This document shows positions 37,601 to 48,700 of a stretch of 64,000 bases of DNA, in pieces. The DNA is taken from the NCBI RefSeq assembly GCF_006345805.1, contig NC_043016.1:29698001-29762000 (forward strand). The letters are read 5' to 3'. Under the pieces are notes generated by a model, which saw nothing but the letters and a program-made list of their open reading frames with translations, was not told where the DNA came from and made no database searches. Position 1 is the stretch's first letter. Each line of letters starts with the position of its first letter. Origin of the DNA: Octopus sinensis. Taxonomy: Eukaryota. The translations under genes and the position numbers were made by a program.

Positions 37601-39216
37601 AGGAAAGAGAAAGTTAGCAGTAATAATTAGGTTCTGCTTTTTAAATGAACTTTTAAGGTAATCACCATCATCATTTAAACGTCTGTTTCCATGCTGGCAT
37701 GAGCTGGACAGTTTGATAGGGGCTAGCCAGCTGGAGAAAGGAGCTGGCACCAGGCTCCACTTGCTTGTTTTGACATGGTTTCTACAGCTTGATACCTTTC
37801 CTAATTTCAACCACTTTCCAAAGTGTACTGGGTGCTTTTAATGTGGCATCAGTGCAATGGGGTGCTTTTCACATGGTGCCAGCAAGGGGTGCATTTTATG
37901 TAGCATCACCACAGATATTTTTTACATGTATCTGCACAGGTGCTTTTTACATGGCACCAAATTCTATTTCCCTGGAAATGTATCCACATATATATAGACT
38001 AGTTATGATAATGTGAAGAAGCACGGCTTACGAAATTACATTGAGCTTAAGATCATAGGGTAATAGATTCAATTTCTGGCTATTATTTATCGGTACATAA
38101 ATGCAAGCTTGCAAAAATCATAACCATGCCAGACAAAATGCTTAGTGGCATTGCATCCATCTTTATGTTCTGAGTTCAAATTCCACTGAGGTTGACTTGG
38201 CCTTTCATACTTTTGGGGTTGATGAAATAAATACTACTCAAACACTGGGGGTGTAGGTGTGGATAAGGGATTGATTTAATGGATAGCTGCCCTCCAAAAA
38301 AAAAAAAGTTTTTTTTTTTGCTCTTGTGCCTATAGTAAGTAGAAAGGATTATTCATAGCTCCATTTAAGACAAGTTAGCAAAATTCATTCTTGTTTCAGG
38401 CAAAATCCTTTGCAATTTAATAACTTCCAGTTCTTTACATTGCGAGTTTATGTCCCACCAATGTCCTTTTTTTCCTTTTTCCTTTTTTTTTTATTTTCTA
38501 TCTGATTACAAAAGAAAGGGTGGGCAAAAAATGAAGTACAAATCAGCTACACGAGTCATTGATATCAACTAGCTCCCTCCCACCAAAAATTCCTGGCCTT
38601 GTGACTAAATTGGAAACAATCGCCTTTTTTGACTGGTTTTGCAAAAAATCACATCAAATTTCCCAATTCTTCTTCTTCATCATCATCTTCAATGTACAAT
38701 ATTAAAATTTTTTTTTGAAAAATACATATTGGCAAAGATATTTTTATGTTTCAATTGTATTTTTTAGGTAACAGCTATACACCTGTGATTCCAATTCTTT
38801 GCGCAGTTGTCGGTCTTCTGGGTTTGATTAGTATTATACTTCTGATATTTTGGTATCGACGACGCTGGAACAGCAAAAGAGCAAGAAGAATGGAACGTGC
38901 AATTCATCAAAAAACAAACAATGACAATGAAGAAGCCTTAACTCACTTCCAAAGGAAATCTTTGTTTGACATCGACAAAGGAAGCGGAGGAGGAGGAACG
39001 TCGAATTTCCTAACAACAGAGTTTAACGAGATTGGTATTGAAAAATATGAAAAAGTTTCAGCACCTAAAAGACTTTTACCTACGAGGGCAGATTCATACG
39101 AAAAGCTGAAACAGAAAACCCCATTAAGAAAAATGACAAAGAAAAAAGACATAAATATCGAAATATCACGAACATTAGCCGCAGCAGCTGCGGCTGAAAG
39201 GGAGATAATTATGTAA
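16179..39216 (+). CDS. JAG1: Jagged/Serrate-family Notch ligand, 5'-partial (EGF4 to stop), 17 exons
   Basis: Exons: 16179-16292, 16879-17106, 17766-17812, 18705-18878, 20082-20232, 20703-20867, 22390-22503, 23760-23873, 25627-25740, 27718-27862, 28958-29043, 31907-32020, 32440-32564, 33996-34262, 35180-35311, 36099-36267, 38768-39216. All are AG/GT bounded with continuous phases (2708 nt). They encode 13 EGF repeats including the Jagged-typical interrupted EGF10, a VWC-like C-rich region ([24 protein letters not shown]), a TM helix and a tail ending EREIIM*. The symbol denotes the family; orthology to JAG1 versus JAG2 cannot be resolved. Confidence 0.95.
16879..17106 (+). CDS. JAG1: Jagged exon, EGF5-6
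   Basis: taacag|AT ATT...ATG A|gtaagt; [16 protein letters not shown]...GKNCDM; 228 nt. Confidence 0.93.
17766..17812 (+). CDS. JAG1: Jagged exon, EGF7 N-half
   Basis: ttgcag|AC ATC...GTT|gtgagt; [15 protein letters not shown]; 47 nt. Confidence 0.9.
18705..18878 (+). CDS. JAG1: Jagged exon, EGF7 C-half + EGF8
   Basis: ttgtag|AAC...CAG|gtaggt; [19 protein letters not shown]...GLQCQ; 174 nt. Confidence 0.93.
20082..20232 (+). CDS. JAG1: Jagged exon, EGF9 + start of EGF10
   Basis: tactag|ATT...GAA G|gttagc; [50 protein letters not shown]; 151 nt. Confidence 0.92.
20703..20867 (+). CDS. JAG1: Jagged exon, interrupted EGF10
   Basis: caacag|TT ATT...GAA A|gtaaga; [31 protein letters not shown]...GTYCHE; 165 nt. 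Confidence 0.93.
21583..21889. mobile_element. Foldback element (about 150-bp arms, 5-nt loop)
   Basis: 21583-21733 is the reverse complement of 21739-21889 with few mismatches; loop CCGCA. Confidence 0.9.
22390..22503 (+). CDS. JAG1: Jagged exon, EGF11
   Basis: tttcag|AC ATA...CGC A|gtgagt; [37 protein letters not shown]. Confidence 0.93.
23760..23873 (+). CDS. JAG1: Jagged exon, EGF12
   Basis: ttccag|AC ACC...TCA A|gtaaga; [37 protein letters not shown]. Confidence 0.93.
25627..25740 (+). CDS. JAG1: Jagged exon, EGF13
   Basis: ttacag|AA GTG...ATA G|gtaatt; [37 protein letters not shown]. Confidence 0.93.
26310..26540. mobile_element. Element with about 50-bp imperfect inverted ends, Penelope-like (degenerate hammerhead on - strand)
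   Basis: AATAATCCTTGG... / ...CCAAGGATTATT ends; - strand CTGAAGA...GAAAACACATGTAG...AATAAA, the same motif as at 14865-14950. Confidence 0.6.
27175..27482 (+). mobile_element. tRNA-derived SINE with a V/Meta-like central domain
   Basis: A box TGGCCTAGTGG, B box GGTTCGAATC, GGTGTCCCATCCAGG and GAAACTGGGAAACCGGCC motifs, (AAC)n tail. Confidence 0.6.
27718..27862 (+). CDS. JAG1: Jagged exon, EGF14 + start of EGF15
   Basis: tcaaag|CT TCT...CCT TG|gtaact; [16 protein letters not shown]...NINDCYPFP; 145 nt. Confidence 0.92.
27870..28500. repeat. Unclassified interspersed repeat flanked by (ATT)n tracts
   Basis: Its end motif CTGCxTGGTACTGCATCAGGGCAT recurs at about 9017-9040; starts just after the EGF14 exon donor. 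Confidence 0.45.
28958..29043 (+). CDS. JAG1: Jagged exon, EGF15 C-part
   Basis: tttcag|T TAC...ATA A|gtaagc; [28 protein letters not shown]; 86 nt. Confidence 0.93.
29164..29394 (+). mobile_element. tRNA-derived SINE with a Deu/Nin-like domain, full length
   Basis: GGCGGTGAGCTGGCAGAA head, GAGGTCAACTTTGCCTTTCATCCTTTCGGGGTTGATAAA domain; copies at about 29815-30044(+), 46047-46268(+), 61083-61255(-), and many decayed ones. Confidence 0.75.
30500..30748. mobile_element. Foldback element, second copy (lacks the inner palindrome)
   Basis: Same arms and the same 50-bp asymmetric left flank as 21583-21889. Confidence 0.9.
31907..32020 (+). CDS. JAG1: Jagged exon, EGF16
   Basis: ttgcag|AT ATA...AAT G|gttagt; [37 protein letters not shown]. 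Confidence 0.93.
32084..32307. mobile_element. MITE with TTAA-CCCTTT-type ends (piggyBac-like)
   Basis: AATCCTTTAGCATT...AATGCTAAAGGCTAA; related copies at about 36610-37107 and 57526-57690; a related family at about 19534-19765. Confidence 0.55.
32440..32564 (+). CDS. JAG1: Jagged exon, VWC/cysteine-rich domain start
   Basis: tttcag|TT ATT...AAG|gtaagg; [41 protein letters not shown]. Confidence 0.92.
32842..33160 (+). mobile_element. CR1/L2-type LINE 3' end with (ATT)n tail, inserted into a hAT-like MITE
   Basis: [59 protein letters not shown] is the typical CR1/L2 ORF2 C-terminus. Confidence 0.85.
33996..34262 (+). CDS. JAG1: Jagged exon, cysteine-rich domain
   Basis: ttgaag|GTT TGG...AAA|gtaagt; [12 protein letters not shown]...[17 protein letters not shown]; 267 nt. 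Confidence 0.92.
35180..35311 (+). CDS. JAG1: Jagged exon, juxtamembrane region
   Basis: ttacag|GGC...CTG|gtaagt; [44 protein letters not shown]; 132 nt. Confidence 0.9.
36099..36267 (+). CDS. JAG1: Jagged exon, juxtamembrane region
   Basis: tttcag|TCA...TCA G|gtaatt; [15 protein letters not shown]...[23 protein letters not shown]. Confidence 0.88.
36753..37060 (+). mobile_element. DINE/Helentron-like non-autonomous element inserted in a MITE
   Basis: CCAAATTTGGTGAAAATCCGTTCAGCCG motif and 3' hairpin ACCCTGC(37030-36)/GCAGGGT(37051-57); host MITE sequence resumes at 37061. Confidence 0.55.
37201..37491. mobile_element. hAT-like MITE (CAGTGCTTCTCAAA-type TIRs)
   Basis: Ends (t)AATGCTTCTTAAA / TTTGAGTAGCACTG; homologous to the interrupted copy starting at 32727. 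Confidence 0.65.
38768..39216 (+). CDS. JAG1: Jagged terminal coding exon: TM helix + 119-aa intracellular domain
   Basis: ttttag|GT AAC...; [24 protein letters not shown] (TM), [11 protein letters not shown] stop-transfer, ends EREIIM-TAA. Confidence 0.92.
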
Positions 39217-39249
39217 ACATAACGGTTGACAAAAGAATATGCCACATAA

Positions 39250-39851
39250 GTAATAATAATAATAATGATGATGATGATAATAATAATAATAATAATAATG
39301 ATAATAATAATAATATTAATATTAATAATAATAATCTGATCAATATAAAGGAACATTGAAACATTTTTAAATATTTGTGTTTATATAATCAAAAACTGTT
39401 CCTAAGATATACTTCCACCTCTTCTAGTTTATACACTTTATAATAACATACATACATATCTACTTTTCAACTGGATACCAAATATATGTATATAGAAAAA
39501 GCTGTATGTGCATACATATATGCATAGATACATGATTTATATAAGTATGCATGTATGCATATTTGTACACACACACACACACACTCACACACACACAGAG
39601 TAACACAGAGTAACACAGACAAAATGCAACAAACAAACATGTATAAGCTAATACACTCACACACAACATACATACACATACATCTTATTTCTATAGTTAG
39701 ATGAATATTTATATGAAGAAAATAGATACATTCTAAACACATATGTATTTTATTGAATATTTTGCTAATTTCACTTTATGCAAATACAGCAATAAATTGA
39801 CAAGTGCATGTGTCTCTGTGTGTACATATATATATATATATATAATGTATG

Positions 39852-39912
<61 letters not shown>

Positions 39913-39953
39913 TACATTATATATATATTATATATATATATATATACATACAT

Positions 39954-39985
<32 letters not shown>

Positions 39986-40252
39986 CATTATATATATATG
40001 TATATATATATACATACATTATATATATATATATATAATGTATGTATACATACGCATACTTGCATATACTATGTATTAAATATAGATGTGTATATATATA
40101 TATAAATATATGTGTACATATATATATATATATATATAGATATAGATATACACATATATACATGCATATATACGTGTGTGTATATATATATTATATATAC
40201 ATACATGCATACATACGTATATGCACATACATGCATACGTATATGTGTATAT

Positions 40253-40296
<44 letters not shown>

Positions 40297-40303
40297 TACA
40301 TAC

Positions 40304-40384
<81 letters not shown>

Positions 40385-41700
40385 CATATGTACACACAAA
40401 TATATATACATATATATGCCTGCACACATATAGGGTATATTTTATATAGATAATCTATATGTATGATATGCACACACACACACACATATGTGTATATGTA
40501 TATACATACACAAGTATATGCTCACACAGACACGCTCTAACATGTATTAAAAACTTTATAAAGTTTGCTACCAAAGTTGATGCCGATTGGCTGCAAATAT
40601 TTTGTTATTGTTGAAAATAAAGTTTGGGGGTAGAGGTGGTAGAAAATGAAAAAAAAAAAAAAAAAAAAAGAAGAAAGAGTATAAAGAAGAGTATGAAAAA
40701 GAAGGACAACGAAGAGAGAATCATGTCATGTTTGTTTGTTTGTTTTTTGTCTCTCATTACCAAAATGCTGCTTCCTTTAAAACGGAAAAAATGGCAGCTT
40801 AAACAGTCTCCCGACACTTTTGTTTTATTATTATTATTTTTTTTTTTTTTTCCGTTGCTGCTCTGGTCTGTCTACAGGAACCAAACAGGCAGACAGCGAT
40901 GCTCAGACTTTTTTTTTTTTTTTTCTAAGGAGGAAAAAATTCTAAAAAAAAAAAATAAATAAAAAAATAGAGGTATATAAAAAAGACAAACAAGTAATTA
41001 AATATAACAATTGTTAGCACTGTCATCATCATCATCATCATCACTGTCATCATCATCCGACACCATCATCCTCAGCAATGTCATCACAGTCATTATCAAC
41101 ATCATCATCATCGCTGTCATCAACATCATTATCGGTATCATTGTTGTTGTTTTTTTTTTGTATTTGTCGTCATTATATTCATTAACCATTATCATCATCA
41201 TCATTATCATCGACATCATCATCATCATCATCTACACCATCGTTGTCACTATTTTAATTACTGTCGTTGTCATCACCTTCATTACCGCAATCAGTAGCCT
41301 GCTTTCCCATATCACTTTAATTATCATCATTGTTGTCCTCATCATAATCATCATCATTAGAAAATATTATTAATTACTATTATTATTATTATTATTATTA
41401 TATAAATTTATTGATAATGTTACTTTATTTTTATTTTATCATTATTATTATTAATTTAGTAATATTGTTATTGTAACTAATGTTGTTATTAATATTACCA
41501 TTATTGTCATGTCATTCTATTATTATCATTACTATTATTATTATTATTATTATTATTATTATCATTATTATTATTATTAATTTTATTGCCATTATAATTA
41601 TTGCTTTGGCCGTTGTTGTTGTTGTTGTTATTACTTTATACTGATAGCATAAGTATTTTTGGGTTTGTTTGTTTTTTTGAAAAAAATCATGAAACTTCCC
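39250..41700. repeat. Compound microsatellite field in the presumed Jagged 3' UTR
   Basis: (AAT/GAT)n, (CA)n, long (TA)n/(TACA)n, poly-A/T, (CAT)n and (ATT)n; AATAAA at 40616. Confidence 0.85.
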
Positions 41701-42632
41701 AAATGACAGAAACAATTAATATACTACCTGTGGTTTTAATAAGTCACTTATTTATTTAGGACAGACAATAACAGTAAATAAAGCAGAAACATTCAAGTTA
41801 ATTATTGATATATAATGTTATGATATCAAGCTAATTATGATATCATTAATTAAGTCTCTTTCGCTAATGGGTTACGTTAAAAAGCGGTAAGCCATCGCAG
41901 TCGTTTCCACGTCAGACAAAATGCTTACTGACATATCTTCCAGCCCTTTCATATTCTAAATCCAAATTCCACCGAGGTCAGTTTAGCTGGTCATCCTTGA
42001 TAAAACTGTAGAGTATCGGCTGAGTCTGGAGGGGTGGGTGGGTAGGGATCAATGTAATCAACTTATCCACTTCCCTAAAATTGCTGGCCTTGTGTACTAA
42101 AATTTGAAACTGTTAGTATCTTATGTAATGATATTACCATCTGTATTTTAATAACATATCTTAATAGAAGCACAGGGAACATGGATAATCACACACACAC
42201 ACACACACATATCTAATTATTTACTTGTTCATTTTTATGTTCGTTTAACCCCACCCCGCACCCCCACCCCCACCCATCCCACATACTATCATGGATTAAA
42301 TGGTTATATATTATTGGGACATTACTTTTACAGTCAGATGCCTTTCTTGTTCCTGTTACTAATCCTTACTCGATTTCCAACTTAAGGCATCTTATTTCAC
42401 ATTATTTCTTTGAATGTGCAAAGGCCAGAAGATGGTGGTGGTGGTGGTGGTGGTGGTGGTGGTGGTGGTCGGTGGGGGGGAAGAAATGACAACAACGTCA
42501 CTTGGAAATTTTGTGAGAAATGCAAAAGCAAACAAACACGCAAACACAAATTATGTGCATGAACACACATGCAAAAACACACACAACATAAACATGCTTG
42601 TAAATATAGACACACAAATGTACATGTGCACG

Positions 42633-42663
<31 letters not shown>

Positions 42664-42824
42664 GTTCATAAGAAGCTTCTTATTAAAACATGGAAAGATA
42701 AAAAGCCAAATTTACCACCAGCAGAATCCGAAACCAAAAAAATACAAACTGTTAACTTATGCAAAAACATTTTGGTTGGTTGTCCTCTTCTTTTTATCAT
42801 TTCATCATAATAATAATAATATGC

Positions 42825-42855
<31 letters not shown>

Positions 42856-43034
42856 GTTATTAGGATGAAATGTTTAAGAAGCTCACTTTTGCAACCATGA
42901 GGTTTGGAGTTCAGTTCCATTGCATTGCACTTAGGCAAGTGTATTCTACTATAGCCCCAGGTCAGCCAAAAGCCATGTAAGTGGGTTTGATAGATAGAAG
43001 CTAAAAGAAGCCCATTACATCCTTATATATATAT

Positions 43035-43069
<35 letters not shown>

Positions 43070-43439
43070 CTTTGTGTTTGTATTCTTACTGGTTGACAAC
43101 TGGTGTTGGTTTATTTACATCCCTGAAGCTTAGCAGCTCAGCAAAAGGAGTCCATTAGCATACGTATCAAAATTAAAATGCATAAGAACGAACCGAGATT
43201 AATTTGTTTGGCTAAGCCCTTCAAGGTGGTGCCCCAGCATGGCCATAGCCCAATGACTAAGACTAAAGAAAGATGAATAGAAATAATTGCTTCTGATGTA
43301 GGCTGAAGGTTAGAAATTTGAGGAGTTGTGGGGATCAGTCAATGAATCAAGCCTAGTAGATGACCATTACTTTATTTTATTGACTTTGAGAGAATTCAAA
43401 CTGGGAATGTAAAGGCCCTTAAACACCATAGGACACTTT

Positions 43440-44520
43440 TACCAATGCTTTGGCAATTTCACCAACTTCGCCTTTCATCCTTTCAACATAGATAGAATAA
43501 AGTACCAGACAAGTACTAGAATTGGTGGTATTCATTTAGCCTACCCTTAAAATTGTTAGCCTTGTGCCTATAGTAGAAAGGATTTTTATTATTATTATTA
43601 AGGTGGTGAGCTGACAGAATCATTAGCACACTGGGTGAAATGCTTAGCAACATCTACCTTTACATTCTGGATTCCAAGGTTGACTTTACCTTTCATCCTT
43701 TAGGGATTGATAAAATAACTACCAGTTGGTCACTGGGGCTGACTAACCCACTTCCCCAAAATTTAATATTATTATAATTATTGTTATTAATACAGTGACA
43801 AACCTGGCAGAATTATTAGAGCATTAGAAGAAATGCTTAGGAATATTTCTTCCAATTCACTACATTCTGAGTTCCAATTCTGCCGAGGTTGACACAGAGT
43901 TGTTCCCCACTCCTCTCAAAAATGCTGGCCTTATACCAAAATTAAAAAGAATTATTATTGAAACAGCAAGCTGGAAGGATTGTTAGCATGCTAATGACAA
44001 AATGCAGAGCAGCATTTCATATGGCTTTACATTCTGAGTTCAAACTACACTGAGGTTAACTTTGCCTTTCATGTTTTCAGTCGAGTGCTGGAATCAAAAT
44101 TTCAGGCCTTGTACCTTTAGTAGAAAGGATCATTATTATTATATTAAGGTAGCAAGCTGTCAGAATTGTTAGCAAGCTTGCCAAAATGCTTAGTGGCATT
44201 TCATCTGTCTTTTACGTTCTGAGTTCAAATCCTGCTGAGGTCAACTTTGCCTTTAATCCTTTCAGGTGAAACACTGGGGTTGATGTAATTGATTAGTCTC
44301 CTCCCCACAAATTTCACCTATAGTAGACAGCATTATTATTATTTAGGGTGGCATATTGTCAGAATCATTGAAGCATCAGACAAATATCTTTTTGGTATTT
44401 AGTTTAAGCTCTTTATGTCCTAAATTCAAATGCAGAAGCTTAAGATGCATGAAATAAATACCATTACCACTTCTTCTTAAATTTTTAGTCTTGTGCCCAA
44501 ATTTGAAATGATAATGATAA
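43440..44520 (+). mobile_element. Chain of 5-6 decayed Deu/Nin-type SINEs, head to tail
   Basis: Heads at about 43600, 43793, 43963, 44147 and 44345, each following the (ATT)n tail of the previous unit. Confidence 0.7.
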
Positions 44521-45709
44521 TAATTATTATTATTATTATTTGAAAATAATGAACCAATATTTAAGAGGAAAAAAAAAGAAGTCTATATTGTTATAATGAT
44601 AAAATCATGATTTATTACATTGCCATAAGAAGGTTAGGCATTATGTTTTATACGGAAGGAATGACATTAGTTGATTCAACACCAGTAAATTTAAGTTATT
44701 TTATTTTATCAACTCAAGCACGATGAAAATTGAGTTGCAACATTAAAGAGGTACAATTAGAAATGCCTATGTGGATACCTCCACTGAAACAATATCAAAG
44801 TGGTATTATCACATTCATGTATTACATGATAAGTGACATATTCTGCAAAGTAGTTGCTGGTTGTCTGCACTTCTGTTTCAGCTTTTAGCTGGAAACAGAG
44901 AGTCATGCTTTTTGAGGAAAGGTCCGACTGTCACAACTTCTTGTTTTTCCCTCCCCTTTTCTTCCATTATGAAGTTTGCATCTAAGACAATAGTAATGTT
45001 ACTACAAGCAATGACAACAACTGCTACAACTACTACTTAAATTAACTACCACAGTAAAACTGAATGAATTCAGCGGTCATGTGGACAAGGTGCTACCAAC
45101 TTCTTTGCAAGATTCTTGAGTTCAAGCCCAGTTTCTGTGGTGTTTGTTTTTTGGGGGTAGGGTTGTTTGTTTACTGCTATGTCATGTCATAATCTGTAGT
45201 AATCACAGTAACAGAAAAGGATAAGACTAAAATCCACAAAAGAGAGAGTGAGAAAGATTCAGTTGTCAGAATATAGGGATGGGGATTCCTGTAGCTTGAG
45301 AATAACACCTCCACAACTGCTACTATGATGATTATAATAATCAGTTCTAATTTAGGGTACAAAACCAACAACTTGTAGTAGAGATGGGTTTTACTCAATA
45401 CCAGCAACCTCAGTACTTGACTGCTACTTTTTTTATTGAGCCCTGAGAGATGAATGGTAAAGTTGCACTCTGCAAGATTTGAACTCAGAATATAAACAGC
45501 TTGAAGAAACACTGCAAGGAATTTTTTTCCTTTTTTCTGACTCTCAGATGATTCTGCCAATGCAACAATGTAAGAAAAATTCAAAGACAAATTACAAAAT
45601 AAGATGACGGTGGTGGGAGGTTTATATAACAAATACTTAAATTTAGCTGAAGATTATTATTAAATTGAAACCACAATGATAAATATTAAATGCATTCGTA
45701 TGTGTGTTT

Positions 45710-45752
<43 letters not shown>

Positions 45753-48700
45753 CATACTATTTGCTTTTCCATGCTGGCATGGATTGGCCAGGTCTTCTGA
45801 AGCAGTGTTTTATGGCCAGATGTTCTTCCTCTTGCCAACGCTTTTGGTTACCTCTTAAAAACAAGCAGGGTAAGACATTGTATACCTGAATGTATTTATA
45901 TATATATAACAACTAAGCATACAATACATCTGCTCTTTAGTGGAATGACATTTATTTTTAAAGCATACCTTTTTAAAAGAAAAAAATTAAATAGCTGAAA
46001 TGATAAATTATGCACACAAGCATATATATATATATATTAAAATTAAAGGGCAGTGATCTGGCAGAATTGTTAGCGCACTGGGCAAAATGCTTAGCGATAT
46101 TTCATCTCCCATTATGTTCTGAGTTCAAATTCCGCCGCAGTCGACTTCGCCCTTCATCTTTTCGGGGTTGATTAAATAAGTACCAGTTATGCACTGGGGT
46201 CGATGTAATCGACTTAATCCCTTCATTTGTCCACTCTGTGTTTAGCCTCCTGTGGGCAATAAAGAAATATACATACATAAGGATTTTGTTTAGGCATAGC
46301 AATACTAATAACCTAGTGTTAGAACTCAATGCACATATGCTTCAGAATAAAGCATTAGTAGAGTACAGAGCAGTAATAAGAAATTAAATAAATGACAAAG
46401 GAATAGGAATTACATATGCAAGTTAGCTGTATGCTGATGTATTTGTTACTGTAACTCTTGTTTCCTTATCATTTATGTAATTTTATATATATATATGTTA
46501 TTTAATAAATACAGTATATGTTTTTATGAGGCACAAGATGTTATAAAATGCTGTCTGAGTTGTTTTCATTGCATAAAGCTATTAGTAGCTGATAAAGATA
46601 CACATTGCGTTTATTAAATAATTTGTATCTCTCACAAAATGGAGTACTTTTTTTTTGTTGATCTTACCATCATATATATAGTGTATTGTAATAATAATAA
46701 TAGGGAATATTATTCCAAACTTACTGGGAAAAATTCAATTTAGTAATACTAAATCAAATTTCACAATATATAATATATATATATATATACACACACACGT
46801 ACACATGCATACATATTACTAGTGATGACCCTCTTGAAGCTGTCGTCTGCATATAAGTGCACTACATGTGGTAACACCTGTCCTATACCTGTTAGGGAGT
46901 GTGGTGCTTACACGCACATGATGGTTATGTGAATTGCTGATTTTTAAAAAAATTCTTTTCTTGCAGTTAGTTTTTCTGTGTGTGTTTTACATCACCATTG
47001 ACTATAGTTGAAGGCCAACAAAATTTGACCTTTCATCAGACCTTCACATTAGGTGACTTTTGTATCATTTCAACATGTGCCTCAGCTGATCATTGATCAT
47101 TCTGTCTCATCTTTTGCACCTTCCCTGCCCTCGTCCCACACACACTGTATTTGTCTAAGACATGTTTCAGTTGCAGATTAGGATAAAAACTGCCTTAAGA
47201 TGTCTAGTCATAGAAAAACTAATAGTTGAATACAGTGTATGATTGTTAAGGAAAAAACAGTTATATATATATATATTCTTCTAATATAAGGATAAAATTT
47301 TATTTAAAAATTTTATCAGTGACCAACATATGAAAAATACCTTTTAAGGGGGACATTAATAATACAATTATAAATAAGGGCAAAAGAAAAAGTTTTTTTT
47401 GCCACTATGCGGAAAAATCGACACTAAATCATCTAACCACATAAAATATTTTCATAATTGTATGTGTGTGTATATATAATATATATATATAATTTATTCC
47501 ATAACTGTAAGTTCAAGAAAATCTATTTTGTTGTATTCCTAGCTGTGGATTAATCCTCTCACTTGAAGTTCTTAATTCATAGTAATCTGGGATATATTCC
47601 TTTAGACAGCTCACTTCCATGAATATATATATATACATATATATATGATATGGTGCATATCTATAAAAATGTACACAGGAACATATAGTTAAGACACACA
47701 TAAGCAAAATCATGAACACACATTCACACAAATATATAAATGCCTGCAAGCATGCTTGTGCTATTTCCCAAAAGGATATGATCATAGTACTTGATGACCA
47801 TCTCTATTGATTGTGGCCTCGTGATTATCAAGTAGTAATTATGTTGACCTTTTATACACACACACACGTGTATGAATAGCTTTTTGTTTCTCTGAATAAT
47901 TAAATTACATAATTATTTGATAGCATCATTAATTACCTATTATGATGATGATGATTTTTAAGACAACTTATGGTGATGATTATTGTGATGGCGGTGGTGG
48001 TGGTGACGACAACAATGTTAAACAATTTCATTTTAAATTTTGCATTTTTTAATTACTTTTAATTATATTTTATTTCATTTTTTTTTTCTTTCCTGTCACT
48101 TGTATATCCTACCTGGCTATCATTACTACTGTTCATTTTTTTTTGGTAATTTTTTTGGGAGGGCGGGTGTTGTGTATTTTTTAATGCAAAAAATGGAAAA
48201 TAGTCTAAAAATACAAAAAAGAAATTAACCCCTTTCCCTGCTCCTTTCTCCATCTCCCAGCTAAACTATATGGATAATATTGATAAATTATTAAAAAGTA
48301 GTAGTAGTAGTAGTAGTACTTATAATAATAAAAATAACCCTTTCTGCTATAAGCACAAGGCCTGAAATTTGGGGGAGGGAGGTAGTTGATTACATTAACC
48401 CAAGTACTTAATTGGTACTTATTTTATCGACCCCACCCCCCTCCCAGAATAAAAAGGATGAAAGCAAAGTCGACCCTGGCAGCATTTGAATTCAGAATGT
48501 AGCAACAGACAAAATACTGCTAAACATTTTGCCTCGCACGCTAACAATTCTGCCAGCTCACTGCCTTAGATAATAATAATAATAATAATAATAATGGCTT
48601 CTAATTTAGGCACAAGGCCAACAATGCTTACAGGAGTTTAGTCAACACTTCATTGACCCTGCAGAGTTGACCTTTGGTATTTGAAGTCTTAACATTCAGA

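Noticed and set aside
39460-40485. Many 70-138 aa ORFs rich in YI/HT/CV
   Set aside because: Translations of (TA)n and (CA)n microsatellites; the same applies to similar ORFs at 831-1193, 13041-13881, 25759-26238, 49868-50377 and 52671-54704
40570-40576. miR-9 seed match ACCAAAG in the Jagged 3' region
   Set aside because: A single 7-mer is expected by chance and the UTR extent is unknown
42432-42480. (GGT)n G-quadruplex-prone tract
   Set aside because: Ordinary trinucleotide microsatellite in a repeat-rich genome
46820-47270. Possible old Helitron (ACTAG start, TATATA end)
   Set aside because: Terminal hairpin not recognisable and no second copy in the window
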